64,000 nt of DNA from Octopus sinensis (GCF_006345805.1 NC_043002.1:88970001-89034000), one strand, 5' to 3'; counted from the stretch's first letter, positions 13,305-27,560 are shown. Made by a program: numbers and translations. The notes: generated by a model from the letters alone, not told the origin.

Positions 13305-15710
13305 CTGAATAAAAAGAAAAAAAAACACAATGATAGTATTATTTCAAGAAGAATAGCCCCAAAGATAACTATGTAATAATGTTATCAAAAGAAAGAGAAA
13401 AAAAACTAGATGATAATGATTATAATGTTAATAAATTTGATTCAAATGACAACGGAGTGATGAAAACTCTTTAAATGTGTATGATGATATAACATTCCTG
13501 AAAGATTTAAAACACAATATATAAATCACTGTTCAAGAACAGACTAGTTACTGATATTTAAGAAATTTGATACTTGGAGATTGTGGGTGGAAATGTAATA
13601 GCAGTATCTGTATTATTTTTAATTATTATTATTATTTTATCAAAGATAAAATAGTAAAATGATTTTAAAATTCTTGAGGAAAATTATATGGAAATAGATA
13701 CAAAAAGAATACAAAAAAAAAATAATAAAAATTCATGGAATGTTTCTAATCAAATAAAAATGATTGAATGATATTAAAATTACTTGGAAATACTGTCACT
13801 GAAATACAATTACTAGACATGCAAAGAACTCGAGTAAATGAATAACTACAATGAATAAAGAAATGTTAATTTTAGCCGTAGATTCATTTGAAAGAATCAT
13901 ACAAGAGGTAAGATACTTTATGGGATAAACCACAACACTTGAACAAGAATAAGCAAAGTATGAACCAGATGTACATAAACAACTGGCTATCATATAGTCA
14001 GACTGGCATCAATCAATGAATATACAAATTACAATTGCACATATATAATGAGAAGGGAACAAATGATAAAGAAGAATAAACAGTTAGAAGTTTAATTGAA
14101 GATAATAGCTAGGGCAGAAGTGGCTTAGAAATTGGCATTATCCAGATGAAATGACTCAAAGGAGAAAAATAGTAATAAAGAGCGTTGCAAAGTTTGTGCA
14201 ACACAGTATATATAAATAAAAAGTAAACCATTCATTCACACATGCGCGCATGTGTGTGTACGTACACATGTATACACATGTATACTGGAAACTTCAGAAG
14301 CCCACCAGATGGCCAGTACCTGTAACTCAAAATATCAGTCAGCCTTTGGCATACTCTGTTCTATGCTGATTCTATTTGAGAATTGTGTTCTCAGTACAAA
14401 TGTCTGCAGAATACTCAGCCACTTTGCATTCTAATTCAATGAGCTGATTGTCCAATTGATCAAACAACTGGATGCTCATGCACTGAAATCAACACAAGAG
14501 CCTGTCATTTACATACATAGCCAGTCTTGTGAGTAGGAGTAGCAGCTACAACTAAAAGCTAATACAACGTAGAGGGGAATCTTCAATCTTGCTGCAGAGA
14601 CAATCTCTAGAACAGCAGTGGTATGATAATGTATACCTAATCTATTATACCATGAAGTTGTTGGCAACAGAAAGGGGTTTTAGTCATACCAAATGAAAAT
14701 GACACAATTTCAGTAATAGAATTTAAATTGACTGGTGGTATGAGATCTCACAACTGGTTTTATTTCATTAATGAAACTATTTTGATTAGAATGGATTAAA
14801 ACAAGAAATATAAAAATACAGGATAGACATAACTGCAGTTATTACAAAATGTTTGCCCATCATAAAGATATGGTAAAGTTCATTTTAACACAAATGTTTT
14901 GCAGAAAAATTAATACGAAATGGTATGAATTTCAAGCATCAATATAAAATGATTATGTGTTGTGTCATAATGTATTATATGAACGGGACAGTGTGTACAT
15001 CTCCATAAAAGCATGTTCCTTTCGGTATCTAGCACACATGTGTGAGGGAGAATGTACTTATGTGGAGAATATATGTCTGCGTCTGCGTGAGAGAACATTT
15101 TCACAGTACTGAACTGATGTAAAAAGATTAGAATAAGAGAATTCTTCCCCTGCTGTGTATTGAGAGAATGTCAGCAAGAATGAGAGGTAAAATGAGTTCA
15201 TGACAGTTTCAAGCCAACATGCCATGTGAGTAATAATGTACTCATATTGTTGTTGTAGGTGAGAGCATGTATGAGAGAGAGTGTGTAACAGAGTGTCTTC
15301 TTTGTCATATAATACAGCATAGAGTGGCACAGCACTATAAGAGACATTTGGCGCAAACAAGGTTTCAGAAATAAACGTTGAGACCAAAAAGAAAATTTGA
15401 AAGGCTGAAAATGAGAGGCTCTACATTGCATGGGTAAAAGAAATCCAGGGAAACTTGATAGCTTGAATAGTCAAGATATCATTTTCATCTTTCTGAATAT
15501 AAGCTGACAAGATAGCTATCGGGGTACCAAGGGGAAATGACCAGTAATGACTGAATAAATTCTTGTAAAAATGAGTCATGAAAGAAGGTGTGTATATGGC
15601 ACTCAACAATGAGTGCCATATACCATGTTCTATGTTGCTATGAGTATTAGATAACATTGACTAGATCCAACCACCAACCAGACAAGCAGGGAAAAGAACT
15701 TAAAAATTGA

Positions 15711-15754
<44 letters not shown>

Positions 15755-16552
15755 CACATACATGGACAGACATACATATCTATACATTTGTGTGTGTGAG
15801 AGAGAAAGAGAAAGAGAGAAACAGACAGACAGAAATCACTGAAAACTTTGACATTTTATCTCTTTAAAGTAAATAACTAAACCAGGTAACATTCTAGGAC
15901 CTGTTCAATCAACAGTTAGTAACAAAATTACTAATTTATGGTGCCATATTTTCCTATATTGAAAGCTAAAATTTGACATAATTTTACCGCTTTTAAAATT
16001 TATTGTAGCAGAGCGAAGTTTATCAGTATGGTGTTATCTGGAACAGGAACACTTGAGCTCAATTCAGTTTGGTAGATAAGAATTTCCTATTTCTTTTCAT
16101 TCAATGAACACCTATAAAATATCATGCTGTGTGTCATCTAAGACACTGACTTAACCTTTGGATTCCATGTACAAGCTAACACCCTTCTTGCTAGAGTAAT
16201 TAACTGGAGATATACCATAGGCAAGTGTGTGCATTGAGAAAGGGGAGAATTACATTTGATCTCTGACTTTTCCAGTTCTAGTCTTTCTTGTCTCACTGAT
16301 AAAGTTTCAGTCACATTTTCTTCTCAAGTTATAAGGTCATATCCCTCTGTAGCTGTAAGACCAAAGTTTTGGACAGAAGCAACTACTAGAGATTTATACC
16401 TAGCAAATTAATTAATAACTGTCTGTTCCAGAGACTTAGTTTAAAGTAGTGTTTTACAAAACCAACAGACTTCAGCTGCTCAAAATATTTATAATGGAGA
16501 TGAACTTCATAAAACTACCAGATTAAATCTATACATATAAAACTGAGAATGT

Positions 16553-16722
16553 GTAGGAGTGGCTGTGTGGTAAGTAGCTTGCTTACCAACCACAGGGTTC
16601 CGGGTTCACTACCACTGCGTGGCACCTTGGGTTAGTGTCTTCTACTATAGCCTCGGGCCGACCAAAGCCTTGTGAGTGGATTTGGTAGACGGAAACTGAA
16701 AGAAGCCCATCGTATATATATG

Positions 16723-16755
<33 letters not shown>

Positions 16756-16942
16756 TTGTCCCCCAACATCGCTTGACAACCGATGCTGGTGTGTTTACGT
16801 CCCCATAACTTAGCGGTTCGGCAAAAGAGACCGATAGAATAAGTACTAGGCTTCCAAAGAATAAGTCCTAGGGTTGATATGCTAGACTAAAAGTGGTGTT
16901 CCAGCATGGCCACATTCAAATGTCTGAAACAAGTAAAAGAGT
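16553..16942 (+). mobile_element. Full-length tRNA-derived SINE family A
   Basis: Head gtaggagtggctgtgtggtaag (A-box-like) with gggttca..acc (B-box-like), conserved body, internal (TA)(TG)n, and tail gaaacaagtaaaagagt. The flanks share aatgt. More than 15 related copies occur in the window. Confidence 0.92.
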
Positions 16943-17536
16943 AATGTATGTCCATCTGACTATGTCTGTATGTGTGCATCACTAAAACTCGAGAACTATC
17001 CAACTGATTCCATTCAAATTTTATATATGTTTTACTTAGGATCCATAGAGTGTCATGGGCCAAAGAAATTTTGAACTTCTTGCCTAATACAAGCCCAGTG
17101 CAATTTATTATCTCTTACACTGTTTCAGGAGTACGTGTCAAAAGTGAAACAATCTCTATAGTAATGATATAATAGTTTCACTATTAAATGGTTTCAATTT
17201 CAATTACTTTCACTATGTATGTATTTGCATGTTTGTATATGTGTGTGTGTGTGTATGTATATATTTATATCTTTGTACATATATACATATATAATTTTAA
17301 ATTAATAATAGAAGGGTAAAATTTATTAATTAAATTAATTAATTAATTAATTAATCAATTTATTAACAATTTTACCAAGTAGATCAGTACATTAAAATAA
17401 CCTTTATAGGTGAAATTATCCACATAATTATAATTAGGGTTCAGGTGACTTAGCAGAAAAGAATATTTAACTCCTATTTCTGATTTCGGTATGTGGTGAA
17501 GCAGTTAGCTGAACCCTAATTATAATTATATTATAT

Positions 17537-17574
<38 letters not shown>

Positions 17575-17579
<5 letters not shown>

Positions 17580-18060
17580 ATATATATGTGTGTATATATA
17601 CGGATATATGAGAATATATATGTGTAATATATATGGATATATGAGAATATATATGTGTATATATATATATGGATATATGAGAATATATATGTGTATATAT
17701 ATATATATGGATATATGAGAATATATATGTGATATATATATATATGGATATATGAGAATATATATGTGTATATATATATATATGGATATATGAGAATATA
17801 TATGTGTATATATATATGGATATATGAGAATATATATGTGTATATATATATGGATATATGAGAATATATATGTGTATATATATAAGAATATATGAGAATA
17901 TATATGTATATATATATATGGATATATGAGAATATATATGTGTATATATATATATATGGATATATGAGAATATATATGTGTATATATATAAGAATATATG
18001 AGAATATATATGTATATATATATATGGATATATGAGAATATATATGTGTATATATATATA
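17575..18060. repeat. Minisatellite with a ~28-34-bp unit (gagaatatatatgtgtatatatatatggatatat), about 15 copies
   Basis: The anchor tgagaatatata recurs regularly, with variable (TA)n length. Confidence 0.92.
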
Positions 18061-18162
18061 TATATATATTTATGAGTGTGTATGTATGTATGGATGTATA
18101 TTTATGTGTGTGTATATATATATATGTATATATATATATGTATGTATGTATGTATATGTATG

Positions 18163-18214
<52 letters not shown>

Positions 18215-18234
18215 TATATATGTATGTATGTATG

Positions 18235-18268
<34 letters not shown>

Positions 18269-18319
18269 TATATATATGTATATGTATGTATATATATGTA
18301 TGTATGTGTATATATATAT

Positions 18320-18374
<55 letters not shown>

Positions 18375-18441
18375 AGCTCTATATTTAAGAGACGAGGAAT
18401 TATGTACATTATTTACATTCAACAGATATTTGCCCTCATCT

Positions 18442-18488
<47 letters not shown>

Positions 18489-18545
18489 TCCATAGGTTAC
18501 TCTGGGTACATCTTATACATTGTTTGTGTGTGTATCATCTATCTA

Positions 18546-18576
<31 letters not shown>

Positions 18577-18578
<2 letters not shown>

Positions 18579-19095
18579 TTTGCCGAACTGCTAAGTTATA
18601 GAATGTAAACACAGCAACATCAGTTGTCAAGCAATAGTGGGGGGTACACACACACACACGACAGTCTTCTTTCAGTTTCCGTGTACGAAATCCACTCACA
18701 AAGCTTTGGTTGGCTTGAGGCTATATATATATATATATATATATTATAGCCTCAAGCCAACCAAAGCCTTGTGAGTGGATTTCGTAACGGAAACTGAAAG
18801 AAGACTGTCATATATATATTATAGCCTCAAGCCAACCAAAGCCTTGTGAGTGGATTTCGTACACGGAAACTGAAAGAAGACTGTCGTGTGTGTGTGTGTG
18901 TGTGTGTGTACCCCCCACTATTGCTTGACAACTGATGTTGCTGTGTTTACGTTCTCATAACTTAGCAGTTCAGCAAAAGACTGATAGAATAAGTACTAGA
19001 CTTACAAAGAATAAATCCTGTGCTCAACATGATCGACCAGCTGCCATGCTCCAGCATGGCTGCGGTCACATGACTGAAACAAGTAAAACAATAAA
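18577..19095. mobile_element. SINE A fold-back: inverted partial copy, partial direct duplicate and 5'-truncated SINE
   Basis: 18577-18723 is the reverse complement of about 18823-18975 across a (TA)n spacer. 18743-18809 duplicates 18818-18886. Confidence 0.85.
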
Positions 19096-19414
19096 AAAAA
19101 ACTATGCCATGTTAATCCTGAGCAAGGCCAGGTATTTCTACTAGTTTCATATAAAGTAAAGCAAAATTTCCAAAAAAGCAGTGGATTGTGGTCGAGTGTA
19201 GCTCAAAATAAAACTTTTGCTACAAGTTTCATACACATACACACATCATTCATTTTATATTTTTACATGCTAATATGGGTCACATGGGGAATTATTTAAG
19301 GTTGGAATTTATGGCGAGGCTACTTGCTTTTCTTGTAAGGTATTTTTTATAATTCCGTCACTCCCTGAAGTAGTGAAGAAAATCGCTACCCACCCACCCA
19401 CCCACCATCCATCC

Positions 19415-19477
19415 ATATATAATATATATATATATGTGTGTGTATCTATCTATCTCTCTCTCTCTATATATATATAG

Positions 19478-19508
<31 letters not shown>

Positions 19509-19731
19509 TATGTATATATATATATATATATATGGATATATATATAATATATATGTATATATATATATTATATAATATATATATCTATATATATATATTA
19601 TATATATTATATATATATATATTGTATATATAATATGTATATATATATATAGTATATATATATATATGTTATTATATATATATATATATATGTATCTATA
19701 TATATATATATATAGATATATATATATATAC

Positions 19732-19774
<43 letters not shown>

Positions 19775-19855
19775 CTATATGTATATATATTATATATATA
19801 TATATATGTATAATATATATATATATATATGTATATTATATATATATAGTATATG

Positions 19856-19891
<36 letters not shown>

Positions 19892-20220
19892 ATATATATG
19901 TATATATTATATATATATATCTGTATATATATATATATATATATTATATTATATATATATTATAATATATATATATGTATCTATATATATATCTATATGT
20001 ATAGAATATATATATATATATGTTATATATTATATATATATTATGTATATTATATATATATATATATGTATTATATATATTATATATATGTATATATATA
20101 TATATATATATGTATTATATATATATATATATATATACTATATATATATATATGTCTATATATATATATATATCTGTATATATATATATATATATATATA
20201 TGTCTATATATATTATTATA

Positions 20221-20251
<31 letters not shown>

Positions 20252-20256
20252 GTATC

Positions 20257-20327
<71 letters not shown>

Positions 20328-20499
20328 ATCTATCTATCTATCTCTCTCTCTCTATATATATATATTATGTATATATATATATATTAATATATATATATAT
20401 TATATATGTGTGTGTATCTATATATATATATGTCTATATATATATATATTATATATATGTGTATATATATATATATATGTGTGTGTATCTATCTATCTA

Positions 20500-20532
<33 letters not shown>

Positions 20533-20837
20533 GTATAGAATATATATATATATATATTGTATATATATATCTATATATATATATATATTATATAATATAT
20601 ATAATATATATGTATATATATATATATATATATGTGTGTGTATCTATCTATCTATCTATCTCTCTCTCTCTATATAATATATATATGTATATATATATAT
20701 ATATATATGTATCTATATATATATCTATCTATATCTATATATATATATATAGGTATATATATATATATATGTGTGTGTATCTATCTATCTATCTATCTCT
20801 CTCTCTCTATATATATATATATTATATATATATATAT

Positions 20838-20875
<38 letters not shown>

Positions 20876-20919
20876 TATATTATATTATATATATATATAT
20901 ATATATAGATATATATATA

Positions 20920-20959
<40 letters not shown>

Positions 20960-20972
20960 ATATGTATATATA
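19415..20972. repeat. ~1.55-kb (TA)n-rich compound microsatellite with higher-order units
   Basis: (TA)n interrupted repeatedly by gtgtgtgtatctatctatctctctctctct and by tgtatagaata. Confidence 0.95.
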
Positions 20973-21110
20973 TTGCTTTGGTATTGCAAGACAAATAACC
21001 TGGTGTAGAACTCAGTGTATATATGTTTCAGAACGAAGTGTTAGATGAGTATAGAACAGTAATAAGAAAAATGAAATGACAAAGGAATATACAATTATCT
21101 GATTAACTTC

Positions 21111-21198
21111 ATTAGCTTACAGCTGTTTCTGCTATAAGATGCTGTGGACTCATAGTTGAGTGCTTGGGTAACATTTTATAGCTTCATCAGAGCCTAAT
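21111..21198 (-). ncRNA. Type I hammerhead ribozyme fold with palindromic stem III (Penelope-type)
   Basis: The minus strand reads ATTAGGCT-CTGATGA-aGCTATAAAATG...CATCTTATAGCa-GAAA-CAGCTG-TA-AGCTAAT. The core is intact, the cleavage triplet is GUA, and there is an A.A mismatch at the base of stem II. Confidence 0.75.
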
Positions 21199-22044
21199 AT
21201 GAAGTGCAATTTATTTGCACTTCATATATATATATGCGGGAAAGCATTACCAATGAGTAAGCCAACACAAGCGTATATAAAGAAGTATACATCCAGATTA
21301 AGGAAAATGATTATTAAATCTAATAGTAAAAGTATGTGTATATATACATGTACTTCTATATAAATTTATAGTGAAAGAGATGGATAGATAAGAAATGTAT
21401 GAGTATGAGTGTGTATAAAGTTGACACTTCCACTTCTTTGCATGAGATTACCTGAGTTAAAAATGATGTCATCGTGTTTACATTCATGGTGAACACAATG
21501 TCCTGTAGCTCTGCGGTTTTGAAGTTTAATGGAATTTTTATTTCTTTTAAATCAAAAAAAAAAACATCCTCTTATTTTGCAAAGCGGTTATGGGTTAGCT
21601 ATAGATAGATAGAACATCCAGCTGTGAAATACTGTCTCAAATAAGCGTCTGTCTAACCTATACTAGTGCAGAAAGATAGATGTAATGCAAACAAATGCAG
21701 AAGCAAAGTAGCTTGCAACCTTGAAAAAATAGTGTAATCCATTATCTGCAACCCAATGTGATTATTGTGATCATCTGCACCAGCTTAGTTGATGAAGATG
21801 CAATTGTTGTGTTGCAACTCTCTTTTCTCTCCTATTTTCAAACTCCACATGTCTAGGTGGTCATAAGCTACCAAACTGAGAAAATAATTAATAAACAGTT
21901 AAGTAAGGTCCAGCATGGTAATTGATGTAACAACATTTAAGACATGTTCTGTCTTTGTATTGATTAAATAGGAAAGAAGGTGAATTTAGAATGATGATGG
22001 TGGTATTTAGTACCATGAAACCCCTGGTGGAGTATCATCTTCAT

Positions 22045-22360
22045 CATCATCGTTTAACGTCTGTTTTCCGTGATAGCACGGGTTGGACGGTTCGACCAGG
22101 GTCTGGGAAGCCAGGAGGCTGCACCAGGCTCCAGTCTAATCTGGCAGTGTTTCTACAGCTGGATGCCCTTCCTAACACCAACCACTCCATGTAGTGTAGT
22201 GGGTGCTTTTTACATGCCAGGGGAGGCTGGCAGCGGCCACGATCGGTTGGTGCTTTTTTCGTGCCACCGGCACAGAAGCCAGTCAAAGCGGAGCTGGCAT
22301 CGGCCACGTTCAGATGGTGCTTTTTACATGCCACCGGCACAGGTATCACAACTACTATTT
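22045..22360 (-). mobile_element. Retroposon family C copy with (GAT)n tail
   Basis: catcatcgtttaacgtc...ctggatgcccttcctaac...gtgccaccggcac. Homologous to copies at 30371, 33829, 38413, 46140, 55895 and 59853, and to partials at 2641 and 54425. Confidence 0.88.
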
Positions 22361-24373
22361 CCATTTGATATTTATTTCAATGTTGATGTACTTTACTCAA
22401 TAGGTCTCCTCAAGCACAGCAGGTCATGTGCCATGAAAAAATGAATCCAAACCATGACCATTCCATATTTTCTTCTTTTTTTCTTTTTTCTTAATCTCGC
22501 ATCTCTTTTATTAAGATAATAGGGTGCAATAACCAATGCAATTTAAACATAAAATTTAAAGGGAGATTTGGTTAATATTTCTAGCAGGTTGAGGAATCAT
22601 ATAGAGGCTCCATCATTGGCTCATGAGCCTTGGTGTTTTAATATGTCTGGATGTTAGCAAGTTAGAATAAAAGAATGAAAACTGGTTGCTAATATTTCAT
22701 GAGATGTAATGAAGGTCAGTGTATGCGCATGCCTGTGCACGTTTTATTTACAGAGTAAAATAAAGGTTCTTGAAATACATTAATGGAAACATATCAAACG
22801 ACAAAAGAATATTTCTCATTATTTGAAACAAGACACAAGATAATTCAAATTTCTACTCTATGGGACATGTCTTAAGATATTCAAGCTCGTTTTCTAACGA
22901 GAAATTTGAGAAATAAATAAAACCATGGAACAATTTCATTAAATTTTGAGAGATTCCCAGATGCTATCTATCCTACCAAGTGAACAACCTGAATAACAAC
23001 ACACATTTTACTCTGCTTTAATTATAACAAGTTTTAAAATTATCAAGATAAGAAAAAAACAGAATTTTGCCCATGAGCATGAAAAATGCTATATTTATCA
23101 TGCCTGTAACCCAGTTGAATCCATTTTGGTGCATAGCTAGTACAGCCAAAAACTTTATGTGCAAAGCAAGTTCCTATACTAGATTGAAACATTGAACATC
23201 CAGGGTGAAAGGAAAGGCCTAATAGCTGATCCGAAAAGCATTTTTGTAACAAAGATCAGTTCTAGACAAGATAAACTTACAGTAAATATATCGACCTCAA
23301 AAACTTTGACCAATTTTCATATCAAAGAGATTCATAAAGAGATTAATTACAGTGGAAATAAGGTAAACTTGTTATGATAATGAGAATACAAACGTACTAT
23401 TGTTATTTGTGATAGTGTCAGCATAAGGCATAGAGGAGCAATAAGGATTTTGTGTTTACTGAGTCAATTAGAGCACAAATGCTATAAAAGCACTCATGTA
23501 ACTAACAAAAGCTTTGACTTACAAATCTTAGATTAGTATTAACACCATTTTAGCAGTGATAAGACCACATTTACTCTGCATGCACATATGCCAATGTTGG
23601 CTTGAAAGAGGATGGGGAGAAAGATTGAGCAAAAAAAAAAAGAAAAAACCCCCAAAGGAAGAAAGAAGAAAAAAATAAAAAGAAAAATCTACCAACTTCC
23701 CTGTGATGTGTGTGCTTATGTGTAAATCTGTTTTCTTTCTTTCTTCCTGGGGAGAGCTGTCAGATAAAGCATATATAATAAATAATTCACCCCCACCTTC
23801 CGACTCTTCCTCCCCTCCCTCATACATGCGCGCACACGCGCAGGCACACACACACACCACACACACACACACACACACTTGAAAAAATATAAATAAAATA
23901 ACTAGGTTGATTCTATTTTGGAAGCTGACTCACTACAATTAGCCTTTGGTTCTAGAACAGAAAAGGTGAGGGAGCAGGGTGTGGTGATTGTATGTTCATT
24001 TTGAATACCCAAGTTTCCCATTAAACTTTGTGGGCAAAGGGGGGAATCCAAAAGTATAAATAATAGTATTGATTTACGCTCTCACACATCCATGCATGCA
24101 CACACACACACACACACCACACACACACACACACACATACACACAGAGCGGGTCCTAAAGACACACTAGCTGAGGAAAAATAAACATCAATAATAAATTG
24201 GAAGCGAGATACTATTTCCCATTCACTACAGATCCTTCTCAGTTCCACACACTTTCCATTCATGAAAACTTGTTGCTAGATAGGAAGTCTACTTGAAGTG
24301 GTCAAGTGAAAAATTTATATACATCTGTGAGTGTAGGTGTGCATGTGTGTATGTGTGTGCATGTGGGTGCGTA

Positions 24374-24426
<53 letters not shown>

Positions 24427-25844
24427 TTAATAAAAAAGGCAGAAATAAAACTAAAGCAAAAGCCTATTTTTATTACAAAAACTCCACCCCATTTGCTTAG
24501 AAAATACGGAGTTAGTATGTATGTGTGCCTGTGAATGACAAAGAAACATGAAAATGTGAAGATACAGAATATCCTTAAACACAAGTGAATGTGTGTAACA
24601 CAGAATATGCACAAGAGAAAGAGAGAGAGAAAGAGACTGTGGGTATGTTGATACAAAAAAGAGAAAGAAGATAGCCTGTTGGAGATTGTATATGGGGTTC
24701 AAGCCATACTACAAGTGTTTAAGGTTAGTAAGTATCAAATATATAATGCAAAGTAACAAACAGTTCAATGATAGGAACGGCAGATTGTCAAACATTTCAT
24801 TACAAGTACCTAATTGCTATTTAACTTCAGATCAGTCCTGAATCAAGAAAGTCTATGCAAAGGCATTCCAGACATGACCACCCTCTTTCAGTAAAATAGT
24901 ACTACATAGATTATATACTGTATAAGTCCTTTCTTTAAGAAGGTAAGCTGCAATCTAAGGGAGATCTGGCTGTAATTTCTTGTAGGTTGAGCAACTATGA
25001 AGAGAATCCTTTATTTGGCTCATTGTCTGAACATCATGTAAAATGACAAGGACAAAAAAAAGTCTCACAGCAACTATCAAGAGTTTATATTAGATAGATG
25101 GGTGATAGGAAATATCTTGTTGCATGGCGTATGAAGGTTTTGATCAAGGTTCATTCAGAATGGAATACTCTGCTGCAGGTATGCTTACACACAAACATAT
25201 GTAGATATGAAGAATTGCTTACAGTTAGTCTCTTTAACCAATCAATTGGAGAAATTGTATAATTTTTGTATATAAGAAAAAAGCCACATGTGTTGTTGGT
25301 AACTCGGGTATTGTAAATTTAGTGAAAGCTGATCTTCTCCTTCATCCCAATTAAGTCAACGCTACTTTTATTTTAAACCAAGAGATAAATCACACATCTG
25401 TATAAGATAATGGATGTGTATAAAGAGTTAGAGGAGGAAGGGTAATATCTCTGATCAAAATCTGCAGGTGGAAAAGAGGAACTTATCTTGAGACCAGATC
25501 ACTTAAATGTTTACAACAGGGTGGACAGTGCTAATGATATCCAATTGTCAGGTGATGGTGTTAAACCAATTGACATTGAATTTACCACCCAAGAACAGAA
25601 ACAGTCTCTCCATTCGGTCTCTACATAGTTTCCATTTCCGAAATATAACAAGACTTTGGTCAACAAGTTACTTGCTTAAGATGTCATACAGCAAAATCAA
25701 CCCCCAAATCCTTCAGGAAGTCCCTCCATGCTCATACCTTTCTTACAGGTGTTGATTTACAAAGATTCAAGAGGAACATTATTGGCATTAATGTCACCAG
25801 TCTAAGAGAGCATGTGAAAGCCATGGACACTGTCCTTTCTACCA

Positions 25845-26420
25845 TAATCATCATCAACCCCATCCATCTATCCATCTTCGCTGCCCACTGTTTCTGGGAC
25901 AAAACATCCTATGGAGGAGGCACATCCTCCATAGGATCATATCAGAAGCAACTGTCTTACACTTTTCTACTGGATTCCCAAGCATGACCAACTGGAACTA
26001 TGGACATTATCCAACCAGCTCATTCTTGGTCTACTCTTAGGTCTGCCAGCAGGGTTGGCTTGGAGGATCTATCATGTGATGCTTTCTTATGGCATTCTAA
26101 CCACATGTCAATTGTTCCAAAGCTGTGACTTCTCAATGTGGGGGGGGGGGGGGGTAATGCCTCAACATGGAGAGATTCTCTGATCTCGAAGCCATGCACT
26201 GTATTGAACAAAGTTACTGCTTTGGAGATCCTTTAAAGAACCCCCATTTCGGTTGCTTGTATTTGCCATCACACTCAGTTATTACCCAGCATTCATGACC
26301 ATAGGTGAGGATGGATATGGAAACCAAATTGATGGTAGTAAGTTTTTTGGGGGTTTTTTAACCAACCTCTCCCTTTGAAGATCAAAGCACCAGCAATTTG
26401 AGAATCCAATTCAGCCTCCT
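25845..26420 (-). mobile_element. Degenerate RTE-like LINE 3' fragment
   Basis: Minus-strand motifs SILTYGHECWVIT, FEIRESLHVEAL, HVVRMP, ILQANPAGRPKSRPRMSWLDNV, with a short (GAT)n tail near 25850. Confidence 0.7.
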
Positions 26421-27340
26421 GAATATTAGTGTTTGGTTACATGACCCTCAGTGTTACAACCAACAAAAATTTTATGCAATTTGTTCTCTAACATTGTTGA
26501 TAAATTCAAAGGTTTATGTATTGCACCTGGTTCAATATATATTGTATTATTTCAATACAATGTAGTCTAACATAATGCAACCCCCACTTTTTGTACTTAA
26601 AAATCAATAATATATTTTATTCCCCTACAATGCAACTCACTAATAGTGATGCTTTCTATTAAACTACTTGCATTATTCATTCATTCATTTGTTTGGCATC
26701 AGTTTTTCTACATCGACAGAAAACATGGTGGAGGCTTCAGTTTGATTTTTCTTTTGTTAGTATATATGAAGGGTTTTGGCAATTTACAAATGAATTAAGG
26801 ACTAGGAAAGCAATTGACATAACAACTATTAAGGTAGGCTCTATCTTTGTGTTGATTACATGACAACAAAAGTGAACTAACAATGGTATTATAGTAGTGT
26901 TTTCTGGTAGTGCTAGTGTTGTTTAGCCCTCGATAAGCTTTGGTTGTGCAGATCTTTTATCAGAGGCAATCCAGCCATAAACATCACATCTTTTTGTTTA
27001 TCTAGCCTTATATTAACAATATGTCCTTCCCTTTTTAATGTCAGAGAGTGAACTGAGTAAGATTTGGCTACTACATCTCACTGATTAAGCAACTGCATAG
27101 AAACTCCTGGATGATGACTATAAGGTTATGAGTTTGATTCCTGAACTGGGTTTTATGTAGTCTCCTTGAGTAAGGGACTTTATTTCACATCGCCCCAGTT
27201 TACTCAGCTGAAAATGAATACCAGCCCAGTGCTAGTACAACTGTCTCTCCCTCCATCTGTCACATACTAGATGTACTGCTGGGTCGAGGGTGGGAGGACA
27301 AAGAAGGTGGCCATGTTTGCATATTATTGCATGGACATCC

Positions 27341-27560
27341 AAAGGTGGCAAACTGGCAGAAACGTTAGCACGCCAGGTGAAATGCTTAGTGGTATTTCGT
27401 CTATCTTTACATTCTGAGTTCAAATTCCACCGAGGTTGACTTTGCCTTTCATCCTTTTGGGGTCAATAAATTAAGTACCAATTGTGCACTGGGGTCAATC
27501 TAATCGACTGACTCCCTCCCAAAAAATTTCAAGCCTTGTGCCTAGAGCAGAACAGAAAAG
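27341..27560 (+). mobile_element. SINE family B copy
   Basis: aaaggtggcaaactggcagaaacgttagcacgcc...gagttcaaattcc. Flanked by catggacatcc / catggatatcc, a probable TSD. Confidence 0.85.

Larger units (their letters stand above)
16528..19144 (+). mobile_element. Non-autonomous Helitron-like element expanded by nested SINEs and satellites
   Basis: The 5' end is a|TCTATACATATAAAA. The 3' end is a hairpin cctgagcaaggccagg (19117-19132) followed by CTAG|t (19141-19144). It sits between A and T with no TSD. Element-like body sequence resumes at 16946 after the SINE. Confidence 0.6.

Noticed and set aside
16553-16625. tRNA-like sequence with A/B boxes (also 62056, 60360, 44885)
   Set aside because: These are SINE heads that continue into SINE bodies or are degenerate, with no complete cloverleaf.
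17531-21048. Long ORFs (up to 292 aa) rich in Y/I/C/V/H/T, here and at 3141-3544, 36220-37008 and 55083-55383
   Set aside because: They are translations of (TA)n, (TG)n and (CA)n repeats that lack stop codons by composition.
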